Assembly (NCBI GenBank): GCA_017613815.1
Contig: JAGADB010000138.1
Span: forward strand, 1 to 25,207
Source: Clostridia bacterium
GTDB taxonomy: Bacteria; Bacillota; Clostridia; Oscillospirales; CAG-382
DNA length: 25,207 nucleotides
Direction of reading: 5' to 3'
The translations under genes and the position numbers were made by a program. The notes beneath the pieces are model-generated. The model made no database searches, was not told where the DNA came from, and saw only the letters and a program-made list of their open reading frames with translations. Position 1 is the stretch's first letter. The number at the start of each line of letters is the position of its first letter. Of the stretch, positions 1-7,090 are shown one piece after another.

Positions 1-40
1 GATTTTATTATATTATTTCCAAAAAATTTACCTTTGAAAC

Positions 41-72
41 GAAAAACGCGGCGCAAAGCGGCGCCGCTGTTT
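41..72 (-). terminator. Rho-independent terminator of the parB-MORN-TrmH operon
   Basis: Inverted repeat GCGGCGC (48-54) / GCGCCGC (61-67). The minus-strand transcript reads hairpin then GTTTTTCGTTT, about 20 nt after the TrmH stop. Confidence 0.7.
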
Positions 73-89
73 ACAAAAAACTGTTTTTA

Positions 90-893
90 TCAGAGAAGCT
101 TCAATTCCTTTGCGAAAACCGCGGCGTAAACGGAGCACGCCGAAACGGTAGGCAGAGAATACTTTATTTTTTTGTCTTTATACGGAATATAAACTGTTTT
201 ATCCGCGTTTTTCATAAATTCTTCGGATATTCCCCGCTTTTCGCCGCCGATAAAGAGGACGAACGGCTTTTCCGGCTTAAAGCCGTACACGGAAACCGCG
301 TCTTTATTTACCGCCGAGCAGACTATATCGAGTCCCGATTCTTTTATTATTTCAACCGTCTTTTCGTCGTCCTTAGGCGCAAACGCGATATCGCAGAATT
401 CGCATGCGCCGGCTGAAGATTTGACGAGCATGCCGTCCGCGTTCTGCCAATTCCTTTCGGAAAGAATAAAGCCGCCCGCGCCGAGCGCGTACATGGTTCT
501 TATCGCATATCCGAGGTTATACGGGTCCTCTATGCCGTCGAAATATGCAAAATACGTGTTTTTATCCGCTTTTTTCAGCATTTCGGATACGGGGGTATAC
601 TCCCTTATCCCAGCGAACGCGATAACGCCTCCGTGGCTGGAACCGGCGTTTTTTGAGAACATATTCAGCGTGCTTTCGATTTCTTCCCTGTCTTTGAGTT
701 CGAAAGGCACGTTATTTTCTTTCAGAAATGAAATAAACGCCGTAACCTTTCTGTCGCGCTCGGTTTTTTTGCGCTTATCTATCCAGACGCTGTAAATCTT
801 TCGCTTTTTTGCCTCAACCGCGGCTTTTACGGATATTATTCCTTCGAGAATACACCTGTATTCCCCGTTTGTCGTTGCGTTATCCATTTTCAT
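90..893 (-). CDS. TrmH/SpoU-family (SPOUT) RNA 2'-O-ribose methyltransferase, RlmB-like
   Basis: Motifs HGGVIA, DGIEDPYNLGYAIRT, KSSAGA, LFIGGEKRGIS, VYIPY..YSL. The start (ATG 893 or 887) overlaps the MORN gene stop. Tandem TGA-TAA stops. Confidence 0.9.
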   Translation of the reverse strand: MKMDNATTNGEYRCILEGIISVKAAVEAKKRKIYSVWIDKRKKTERDRKVTAFISFLKENNVPFELKDREEIESTLNMFSKNAGSSHGGVIAFAGIREYTPVSEMLKKADKNTYFAYFDGIEDPYNLGYAIRTMYALGAGGFILSERNWQNADGMLVKSSAGACEFCDIAFAPKDDEKTVEIIKESGLDIVCSAVNKDAVSVYGFKPEKPFVLFIGGEKRGISEEFMKNADKTVYIPYKDKKIKYSLPTVSACSVYAAVFAKELKLL

Positions 894-1779
894 CTTCTAC
901 GTTTTCCGCGCTTTCTTCTTTTTCGGATACGAGTTCACCGTTTACAAATTCGCCGGTATACGGCTCTTTTCCGTTGCCGAAGTCGTAAGTGCCGACGCCG
1001 TGCATCTGTCCGTCGAGAAATTCGCCGGTATAGGTTTCTCCCGTCGTCCATTTATAAGTTCCGCGTCCCGTGCGCGCGCCGTCGGTGAAATCTCCTGTGT
1101 ATTCGTCTCCGTTTGCAAAGACGAATTTACATTTACCCATATACACCATGCCGTTTTCGAGATTTACCATTACTTCGCCGCTGCCCGACTTTTTGTCGTT
1201 TGCAAACGAGCCGTAATAATAAGAGCCGTCGGAGTAGTGCTCCTCGCCCAGGCCGTCGCGTTTGTTATCCTTCCATTCGCCGTAGTAATACGAGCCGTCG
1301 GAAAACGTGAATTTGCCTATTCCGTCTTTCTTTCCGTCTTTTACTTCGCCTTCGTACTTACTTCCGTCGGCGGAAGTTACGACCGCGCTGCCCGTGAGCT
1401 TGTCGTCGGCGAAATCTCCGACGTATTTTGCGCCGGTTTCCTTATATTCGAGCGTTCCTTTTCCGTTTCTGTATATTCCCTTAATTCCGCCCTCGTAGAC
1501 GTCTCCGGAACTGTAAACAATCATACCCCGGTCGCTGTCTTTTTCCTTGGTGAGCTTGCCCTTTGTTCCGTCGGCATATTTAACCTTGCCGTTTATCGGC
1601 TGTCCTTCGTAGGTAAAGCCGGAATATTTTACTCCGTCCCCTTTTATATATCTGTATCCCGACGCGTAAACTATACCGCCTATAAGCGCCGTAATCACAA
1701 GCAGCAGCACCGCCGCAAGCGCGTACGGAAGTTTTCTGCTTTGTTTAGTTGTTCTGCGGTTTGAGTTATTCATAATCAT
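880..1779 (-). CDS. MORN-repeat protein with a single N-terminal transmembrane anchor
   Basis: Basic N-terminus, then hydrophobic LPYALAAVLLLVITALIGGIVYA, then about 7-8 repeats of Y-x-G-x-(F/W)-x2-(D/G)-x3-G-x-G-x5-(D/N)G (e.g. YEGEVKDGKKDGIGKFTFSDGSYYYGEWKDNKRDGLG). Acidic C-terminal tail. Confidence 0.9.
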   Translation of the reverse strand: MIMNNSNRRTTKQSRKLPYALAAVLLLVITALIGGIVYASGYRYIKGDGVKYSGFTYEGQPINGKVKYADGTKGKLTKEKDSDRGMIVYSSGDVYEGGIKGIYRNGKGTLEYKETGAKYVGDFADDKLTGSAVVTSADGSKYEGEVKDGKKDGIGKFTFSDGSYYYGEWKDNKRDGLGEEHYSDGSYYYGSFANDKKSGSGEVMVNLENGMVYMGKCKFVFANGDEYTGDFTDGARTGRGTYKWTTGETYTGEFLDGQMHGVGTYDFGNGKEPYTGEFVNGELVSEKEESAENVEDENG

Positions 1780-1795
1780 TACCCTTTACTGTAAT

Positions 1796-2359
1796 TTATT
1801 CTGTCAATTCGCCGTTTTCCGAAGGTGCGCCCGTATCGTTTTGTTCCGCAATACCCGTCGGAGTCGGGATAACCTTTCTTGAAAAGACGTTTTTGGCGTA
1901 GTTTTCGAGAAATCTTGCGGCGTTTGAAAACACAAACGCGCTCGCGGCGACGATTAAAGCCGCAAGTATGAGTTTAAACACCGAAAGTTTATCTTTCAAA
2001 TGCTTTTTCAGCTTATCGCCGTTATTTTCCCCGGGAATATAGTATTTGAGTTCCGTTTCCTTTTTGAAAAGCAGGTCGGCGGACTCTTTTTTGTCGTTTT
2101 CGTCTTCCGTTTTTACGCTTTCGACCGCTTTTGCAATCATATTGCCGCCCGAAAGAAATCTCTTTGCGAGTTTTTTCTTTATTCCGCTAAAACCGAGTTC
2201 GTCGAGCGTTTTTGCGCTCTCTTTGCTGTCCGCTTTTGATAAAATCAGTTTTTCCGCCGCCTCGGACGTTATTCTCTGCATAAAAAAGTAATACACCATC
2301 GCAAGCACGACCGCAAAAGCTACCGTATAAACCAAAGTTTCTATACTGAATATTTCCAT
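1796..2359 (-). CDS. Hypothetical membrane protein (TM, ~100-aa charged loop, TM, acidic tail)
   Basis: Two hydrophobic segments (LVYTVAFAVVLAMVYYFFM; LILAALIVAASAFVFS). Fills the space between parB and the MORN gene with short gaps on both sides (22 and 16 nt). Confidence 0.75.
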   Translation of the reverse strand: MEIFSIETLVYTVAFAVVLAMVYYFFMQRITSEAAEKLILSKADSKESAKTLDELGFSGIKKKLAKRFLSGGNMIAKAVESVKTEDENDKKESADLLFKKETELKYYIPGENNGDKLKKHLKDKLSVFKLILAALIVAASAFVFSNAARFLENYAKNVFSRKVIPTPTGIAEQNDTGAPSENGELTE

Positions 2360-2381
2360 AATACCCTGTTCTTTCGAATAA

Positions 2382-3293
2382 TTATTCCTTGAAAATATCT
2401 TTTCCGCAAAGCGTTACGAGCAGCGCTTCAAGGTCCTCTTTTCCGTAATACTCTATTTCGAGTCTTCCCTTTCTGCCGCCCTTTATATACGCTTTTCTGC
2501 CGAGCTTTGAGCTTATGCGCTCCTGGAGTTTTTCAAGGTAGATTTTTTTCTGTCCGTTATCGTCCTTTTTCTTTGCCGTTTTTCCGTTTAAAATTTTATT
2601 TACGAGTTTTTCCGTCTCGCGCACGGAAAGTCCTCGGGCAAGTATAACGTCAAGCGTTTCGTTTATAAGGTCTTCCTTTTCAAGCGGCAGAAGCGCCCTT
2701 GCGTGTCCCGCCGAAATATCTCCCGACGCAAGAAAATCAAGCGTGTTTTCCGGCAGAGCAAGAAGTCTTATGAAGTTTGTAACGTTCGACCTCGAAAGTC
2801 CCACCGCCTTTGCCGTCTCCTCGTGAGTGAGTCCGAAATCGTCGATAAGTTTTTTAAGCCCCCTTGCCGTTTCCACGGCGTTGAGGTCCTCTCTCTGAAT
2901 GTTCTCGACGAGCTTTATCGCGTCGGCTTCTTTTTCGGTAAGGTCGCGCACGATTACGGGAACTTCATGCAGTCCCGCAAGCTTTGCGGCGCGCCATCTG
3001 CGCTCGCCCGACACTATGCGGTACTTGCCTTCAAGCTTCTTTTTCGTCGAGTCTTCGTCGGTTTCCTTTGCAGCGTTCATCACCACGAGCGGCTGTAAGA
3101 TTCCGTATTCCGAAATCGAATCGGCAAGCGTCTTTATAGTCTCCCCGTCAAATGTTTTTCTCGGCTGGTTCTTATCGGGTTCAACGTCGGAAAGTCTTAC
3201 GTACAAAACCGTTTCCTTTCCGTTTAAAGAATCCGGAAGCTCCTGCGCGAAAAGACTGTCAAGCCCTCTGCCAAGTCCTTTGTTGTTTTTCAT
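2382..3293 (-). CDS. parB: ParB/Spo0J chromosome-partitioning CTPase
   Basis: N-terminal KGLGRGLDSLF, NQPRKTF, GILQPLVV, GERRWRAA, ENIQREDLN, and HTH ..SRSNVTNFIRLLAL..SAGHARALL. The R and G of SR/AGH match ParB rather than Noc (GQ/ERH). SD GAAAGGA upstream. Confidence 0.95.
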   Translation of the reverse strand: MKNNKGLGRGLDSLFAQELPDSLNGKETVLYVRLSDVEPDKNQPRKTFDGETIKTLADSISEYGILQPLVVMNAAKETDEDSTKKKLEGKYRIVSGERRWRAAKLAGLHEVPVIVRDLTEKEADAIKLVENIQREDLNAVETARGLKKLIDDFGLTHEETAKAVGLSRSNVTNFIRLLALPENTLDFLASGDISAGHARALLPLEKEDLINETLDVILARGLSVRETEKLVNKILNGKTAKKKDDNGQKKIYLEKLQERISSKLGRKAYIKGGRKGRLEIEYYGKEDLEALLVTLCGKDIFKE

Positions 3294-3319
3294 AGAGTTT
3301 GTCCTTTCAAATGGTTTTT

Positions 3320-3348
3320 GTATAACTTACCGCTTTTCGGTTACACTA
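3320..3348 (+). promoter_or_regulatory. Candidate forespore sigmaF/sigmaG-type promoter of spoVAC
   Basis: GTATA (3320-3324), 14-nt spacer, GGTTACACTA (3339-3348) matching GGnnAnAnTw. The spacer is 1 nt shorter than the usual consensus. spoVA genes are known to be forespore-expressed. Confidence 0.55.
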
Positions 3349-3381
3349 TTTTTGCAAAAAAAGTATGGAAAGCGTGATATT

Positions 3382-3837
3382 TTGGAAAAAAGAGTTCTTA
3401 ACGAAAACGAAAAGAAAAAATACAGAAAATACGCCGAAAAGCATGCACCTCAGTCTACTCTTTTCAAAGACTGCTTTTTCTCTTTTCTCGTCGGCGGATT
3501 TATTTGCGTTATCGGGCAAGGTTTAGGAGACGCCGCAAAATATTTCGGCGTAAACGAAGAAAACGTAAAATCCGTCATTCCCGTATGCCTTATCTTTCTT
3601 TCGTGTCTGCTTACCGGCCTCGGTGTTTACGACAAAATCGCATCCTTTGCGAAGGCGGGCACGCTCGTTCCCATAACCGGCTTTGCGAACGCCGTGTGTT
3701 CGTGTGCGATTGACGCGAAAAGCGAGGGCTTTATCCTCGGCGTGGGCGCAAAGATGTTCAACATCGCGGGCCCCGTTATCGTTTACGGCAGCGTATCGTC
3801 GGTGATTTGGGGAATTATCTATTATTTCATAAAATGA
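3382..3837 (+). CDS. spoVAC: Stage V sporulation protein AC (SpoVAC/SpoVAEb family, DPA-uptake membrane protein)
   Basis: Y..YAEKHAPQS..FKDCFFSFLVGGFICVIGQ, GVYDKIASFAKAGTLVPITGFANAV, EGFILGVG, MFNIAGPVIVYG. True start is probably TTG 3382 behind GGAAAG (151 aa). The 312-aa ORF call from 2899 is an artefactual upstream extension antisense to parB. Confidence 0.92.
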   Translation: MEKRVLNENEKKKYRKYAEKHAPQSTLFKDCFFSFLVGGFICVIGQGLGDAAKYFGVNEENVKSVIPVCLIFLSCLLTGLGVYDKIASFAKAGTLVPITGFANAVCSCAIDAKSEGFILGVGAKMFNIAGPVIVYGSVSSVIWGIIYYFIK

Positions 3838-4453
3838 GTTCTTCGAGGTCTATTGCGGCGCTTGCGTCGAACTTATTGCGCGCGTTCAGCACCTTTTCCT
3901 TGCCGCAGACCTTGCAGCACACCCTTATCTGATCGTAATCGATTATAACCTTGAACGCCTTACTGCCGCATTCCCCGCAGCGCACCGCGCCTTTTGCGGA
4001 AAGCTGGTCGAGCGCGAAAAGCACTTCCCTTACGACGTTTGTATCGGCGACGAGCATGTCGGATTCCTTTTTCGACTTCTCGTCGTCCTGCATGTCAGCA
4101 ATAAGATCCATAATTATGGATTCCGTTCTGTCTATCTCGTCTTCGACCTTGTCCTTATCTCCTATAAAGCATATGTCAAGCCCCGAAAACGAACATGACA
4201 GAAGAAAAATATCCTTTGAAAAGAATATTTCCGACGACACTGTATAGGGGTGCGGGTGCGGGCACACGAGACACGGCACCGACAGCCTTACTCTGCCGTC
4301 TTTTTCCATTTTCATATCAAGCGACGCCTTGCGGCATTCGGTACATTCCATTTTGAAGCCGCCGGCAAGCATGAACATATTCACGTCGGCGGAAATTATG
4401 CAGCCGCAATACGGACATCTGTAGGCAACTCTCGTTACGTTTTCGGTTTTCAT
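3827..4453 (-). CDS. Hypothetical multi-CxxC (putative zinc-binding) protein
   Basis: CPYC, CTEC, CLVC(PHPH), CSFSGLDIC, CGEC, CKVC. ATG is 1 nt after the OGG stop, with SD AAGGA inside the OGG 3' end. Confidence 0.8.
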   Translation of the reverse strand: MKTENVTRVAYRCPYCGCIISADVNMFMLAGGFKMECTECRKASLDMKMEKDGRVRLSVPCLVCPHPHPYTVSSEIFFSKDIFLLSCSFSGLDICFIGDKDKVEDEIDRTESIIMDLIADMQDDEKSKKESDMLVADTNVVREVLFALDQLSAKGAVRCGECGSKAFKVIIDYDQIRVCCKVCGKEKVLNARNKFDASAAIDLEELIL

Positions 4454-4454
4454 A

Positions 4455-5336
4455 TCATTTTTCCTTGTTTTTTTCGGGTAATTTGTTTATGTAAACGTTG
4501 TTTTTGCATCTTTCGTAATAAAAAAGATACTGCTGGGCTATCCCCGCGTTTTCGCCGCACAGGTGTGCCGTCGCTCCGTCAGGATAATACTTTTCGAGTA
4601 TCCTTTTTACCCACACGTCGACGGGAAACGCGTCGTGCCTTGCAAAGCCGTAAAGCAGCGTGCACGCGGCGACCTTGTTTCCTACGCCCTTTATTTTTAT
4701 AAGCTTTTCCGACGCGCTTTTTGTGTCGAGTTTTGACACTTCGCAAAGAAAGCGCGGGTTTTGCGACACCGTTCTTGCGGCGTCGTAAATATATTTTGCG
4801 CGAAAGCCGGTCCTTAACGCGAATATCTCGCTTTCGCCCGCTTTATAAAGCGTTTTTGCGTCGGGAAAGGAATAATACTTCCTTTTTCCGTCGTCAAAAA
4901 TCTCTTTTCCGTATTTTTCGGACATTCTGTTTATTATGCCCTTTATGCGCGGAATGTTGTTGTTCTGGCTGATTATAAAGGAGCAAAGCGCCTCCCATTT
5001 TTCCTGCCTCAAAATCCTTATTCCGCCTGCGAACTTTGCCGCTTCCGAAAGCGTTTTATCGTCTGCAAACGATTTAATTATTTCGGAATAATCGGTTTTC
5101 AAATCGAAAAAATCAGCCCAGAAGTTTTGGAACTCTTTTTCGTCGGTATTATAAAAAACGAGCTTGTCCCTTTTCTGCGTTATCTTTACGTATCTATCCG
5201 AAGCGACGCCCTCGTAGGTGTTTTCGTCAACTCTGTCGAAGCGGAAGCACTGTCCGCAGTCGAAAATTTGGGATATATCGAAATTTTCCGGTTTTTTGAT
5301 TTCAAAGCTTTTGCAATTCAAAAAATTCAACCTCAA
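4455..5336 (-). CDS. 8-oxoguanine DNA glycosylase (OGG1-like, HhH-GPD superfamily)
   Basis: IFDCGQCFRF, GIRILRQEKWEALCSFIISQNNNIPRI, FPDAKTL, GFRAKYI, HhH IKGVGNKVA (catalytic K), AFPVDVWVKR (catalytic D), AGIAQQYLFYY. Start is TTG 5336 or 5330. Confidence 0.92.
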   Translation of the reverse strand: MRLNFLNCKSFEIKKPENFDISQIFDCGQCFRFDRVDENTYEGVASDRYVKITQKRDKLVFYNTDEKEFQNFWADFFDLKTDYSEIIKSFADDKTLSEAAKFAGGIRILRQEKWEALCSFIISQNNNIPRIKGIINRMSEKYGKEIFDDGKRKYYSFPDAKTLYKAGESEIFALRTGFRAKYIYDAARTVSQNPRFLCEVSKLDTKSASEKLIKIKGVGNKVAACTLLYGFARHDAFPVDVWVKRILEKYYPDGATAHLCGENAGIAQQYLFYYERCKNNVYINKLPEKNKEK

Positions 5337-5346
5337 CTACAAAAAT

Positions 5347-5375
5347 TTGATTTATATCGGGAAATGTGTTATCAT
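5347..5375 (+). promoter_or_regulatory. sigmaA-type promoter of the DUF6062-like gene
   Basis: TTGATT (5347-5352), 17 nt, TATCAT (5370-5375), with an extended TG at 5367-5368. SD GGAGG at 5396-5400. Confidence 0.6.
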
Positions 5376-5406
5376 AACTTTGTAAAAACGAACGCGGAGG
5401 AACAAC

Positions 5407-6096
5407 ATGGAAGAAAAAATCTATACCATTCCCGTAACGGAAGCTTTTAAGAAAAAATGCGGATGCCCTTTATGCACGCTGATGAGGGACCTCGAAAAAA
5501 CCGAACTCGACCTTATTATGGGCGCGTCGATGATGGAGCCCGACATAAGAATTCAGACAAACAAACTCGGTTTTTGCAAAAATCACTACAAAAAGATGAG
5601 CGAAATGAGCAACAAGCTTAGTCTCGCCCTTATGCTCGAAAGCCATCTGAACGAAATCAAGGACGACGTCTCTATTCGCAAAAACTCGCTTTTCGGCAAG
5701 GACAATTCGCAGAAATTCACCGAGAGGACGGATGAGCTTTCCGAAAGCTGCTACGTATGCGAAAAGGTAAGTGAAAAATTCTCGAAAATGGTGCGCACAG
5801 CCGTTTATTTATGGGAAACGCAGCGCGATTTCGTGAATTTACTTAAAGAACAGCCGTATTTCTGTCTTGTGCACGCATCAATGTTACTCAAATGCGCGAA
5901 AGCGCGCCTCGACAAGAAAAAATACCCTCTTTTTGCGGAAGACCTCGCAAACGTTGTTTCCCCGTATCTCTCGTCGCTGCGTGAAGACGTTTCGTGGTTC
6001 TGCAAAAAATTCGATTACAGGTTCGACGCAGAGCCGTGGGGAAATTCAAAAGACTCTGTCGAACGCGCGATTAAGTTTCTCAAAGGCGATTTTTAA
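5407..6096 (+). CDS. Conserved clostridial hypothetical protein (resembles DUF6062 family), twice CxxC...CxxH
   Basis: KIYTIPVTEAF, CGCPLC, MGASMMEPDIRIQTNKLGFCKNH, CYVC, FCLVH, WFCKKFDYR, PWGNSKDSVERAI. Family name recalled from the motif pattern, not searched. Confidence 0.7.
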   Translation: MEEKIYTIPVTEAFKKKCGCPLCTLMRDLEKTELDLIMGASMMEPDIRIQTNKLGFCKNHYKKMSEMSNKLSLALMLESHLNEIKDDVSIRKNSLFGKDNSQKFTERTDELSESCYVCEKVSEKFSKMVRTAVYLWETQRDFVNLLKEQPYFCLVHASMLLKCAKARLDKKKYPLFAEDLANVVSPYLSSLREDVSWFCKKFDYRFDAEPWGNSKDSVERAIKFLKGDF

Positions 6097-6111
6097 ATAT
6101 TTTCCGATTAT

Positions 6112-6140
6112 ACGGAAGCCCTTCGGGCTTCCGTTTTTTT
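6112..6140. terminator. Intrinsic terminator between convergent DUF6062-like and rex genes
   Basis: ACGGAAGCCC (6112-6121), TTC loop, GGGCTTCCGT (6125-6134), followed by a T6 run. Confidence 0.85.
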
Positions 6141-6784
6141 CAGCCGTTTTTCGATATTTCGTAGGAAAGCGCCATCAGAGAGTCTCCCAGATGCACGTTT
6201 TCTATTATGACGTCGGGGTAATTTTCAAGCATGATTTCCGCGTTGGAAAAATTCCACAGTCCCTTAACTCCAAGGGCCGCGAGGTTTTCCGCCGTGTTTG
6301 CGGCCTCCGTCCTCGGCACGGTTATTATTCCTATCGCAACGTCGGTTTTTTCAAAAAATTCCTTTAAATCGTCAATATGTAAAACAGTATGCTTTCCGAA
6401 GGTCTTTCCGACGGTATCGGGGTCGATATCGAAAAGTCCCGACACGGTAATTCCGCGTCTTTCGAACATGGGCGTGTTAATAAGCGCTTTTCCGAGGTTT
6501 CCTATTCCGACTATTATCGCGTTATACTTCTTTTCGACTCCCAGAATTTTCGATATTTCTCCGTAAAGGTATTTTACGTTATATCCGTATCCCTGCTGGC
6601 CGAAGCCGCCGAAGCAGTTGAGGTCCTGGCGTATCTGGGAAGCCGTCAGCCCCATTTTCTGCGACAGTTCTTTTGAAGAAATACGCATTATTCCGTTATT
6701 GAGCAATTCCCGCAGATACCTGAAATATCTGGACAATCTTCTTATTACCGCTTTTGAAATATACTTCTTGTTTCCCTGCTCCAT
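6140..6784 (-). CDS. rex: Redox-sensing (NADH/NAD+) transcriptional repressor Rex
   Basis: ISKAVIRRLSRYFRYL, ISSKELS, ASQIRQDLNCFGGFGQQGYGYNV, Rossmann IVGIGNLGKAL, GLWNFS. SD AGAAAGG. Confidence 0.97.
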   Translation of the reverse strand: MEQGNKKYISKAVIRRLSRYFRYLRELLNNGIMRISSKELSQKMGLTASQIRQDLNCFGGFGQQGYGYNVKYLYGEISKILGVEKKYNAIIVGIGNLGKALINTPMFERRGITVSGLFDIDPDTVGKTFGKHTVLHIDDLKEFFEKTDVAIGIITVPRTEAANTAENLAALGVKGLWNFSNAEIMLENYPDVIIENVHLGDSLMALSYEISKNG

Positions 6785-6807
6785 CTCTGCCTGCCTTTCT
6801 TTTTAAG

Positions 6808-6816
6808 TGTGAAATA
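6808..6816. promoter_or_regulatory. Possible degenerate Rex operator (half-site) in the rex leader
   Basis: TGTGAAATA matches the left half and spacer of the Rex consensus TTGTGAA-N4-TTCACAA. The right half is poor. Rex autoregulation is common. Confidence 0.25.
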
Positions 6817-6860
6817 AAAATCTACATACGAATTGTAAACAATGTTTAGATAAAAACATC

Positions 6861-6890
6861 ATAATATTCATGTGTTGACATAATTGTCAA
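6861..6890 (-). promoter_or_regulatory. Candidate sigmaA promoter of rex
   Basis: Minus strand TTGACA (6890-6885), 18 nt, TATTAT (6866-6861). The -35 lies inside the palindrome / DnaA-box-like cluster. Confidence 0.5.
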
Positions 6891-7007
6891 CATTATCAAC
6901 ATAGTTATCAACACCGTTTTTTGTTTTCTTTTGTCGAATTTTCTTTATTTTTGAGTAATCCCCGCTCGTTTATCCACTTTTTGTTGAAAACTTTACGTCT
7001 ATTCACT
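6873..7007. repeat. Cluster of DnaA-box-like 9-mers including a perfect 8-4-8 palindrome
   Basis: TTGTCAACA 6884-6892, TTATCAACA 6893-6901, TTATCAACA 6905-6913, TTATCCACT 6970-6978, reverse TGTTGAAAA 6982-6990, reverse TGTTGACAT 6873-6881, weak CTATTCACT 6999-7007. Palindrome TGTTGACA-TAAT-TGTCAACA 6873-6892. Spo0A-box-like TGTCGAA 6932-6938. Confidence 0.6.
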
Positions 7008-7090
7008 GCCCCGATTATGTAAACGTTGTGCCGGAAAATTTTCTGTTTTTTGCACAAATTGCGTCGAAAAACTTTGTAAAATACGACGGT

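Noticed and set aside
1200-1310. DNA direct repeats (..GTAATA..GAGCCGTCGGA) as a CRISPR or tandem element
   Set aside because: They encode adjacent MORN repeats (SDGSYYYG) inside a CDS. There is no spacer array and no cas genes.
2382-3293. parS site within or near parB
   Set aside because: I found no match to TGTTTCACGTGAAACA by eye anywhere in the window. The nearest look-alikes (about 2620 and 2870) have many mismatches.
2899-3381. 312-aa ORF suggesting a long N-terminal extension or fusion on SpoVAC
   Set aside because: The extension is the antisense shadow of parB plus the intergenic promoter. The SD and family homology begin at TTG 3382.
6873-6892. Palindrome as a canonical Rex operator
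   Set aside because: The arm spacing is 2 bp longer than the 7-4-7 Rex motif, and the flanking tandem TTATCAACA repeats fit DnaA-type boxes better. It is kept only as an alternative explanation.
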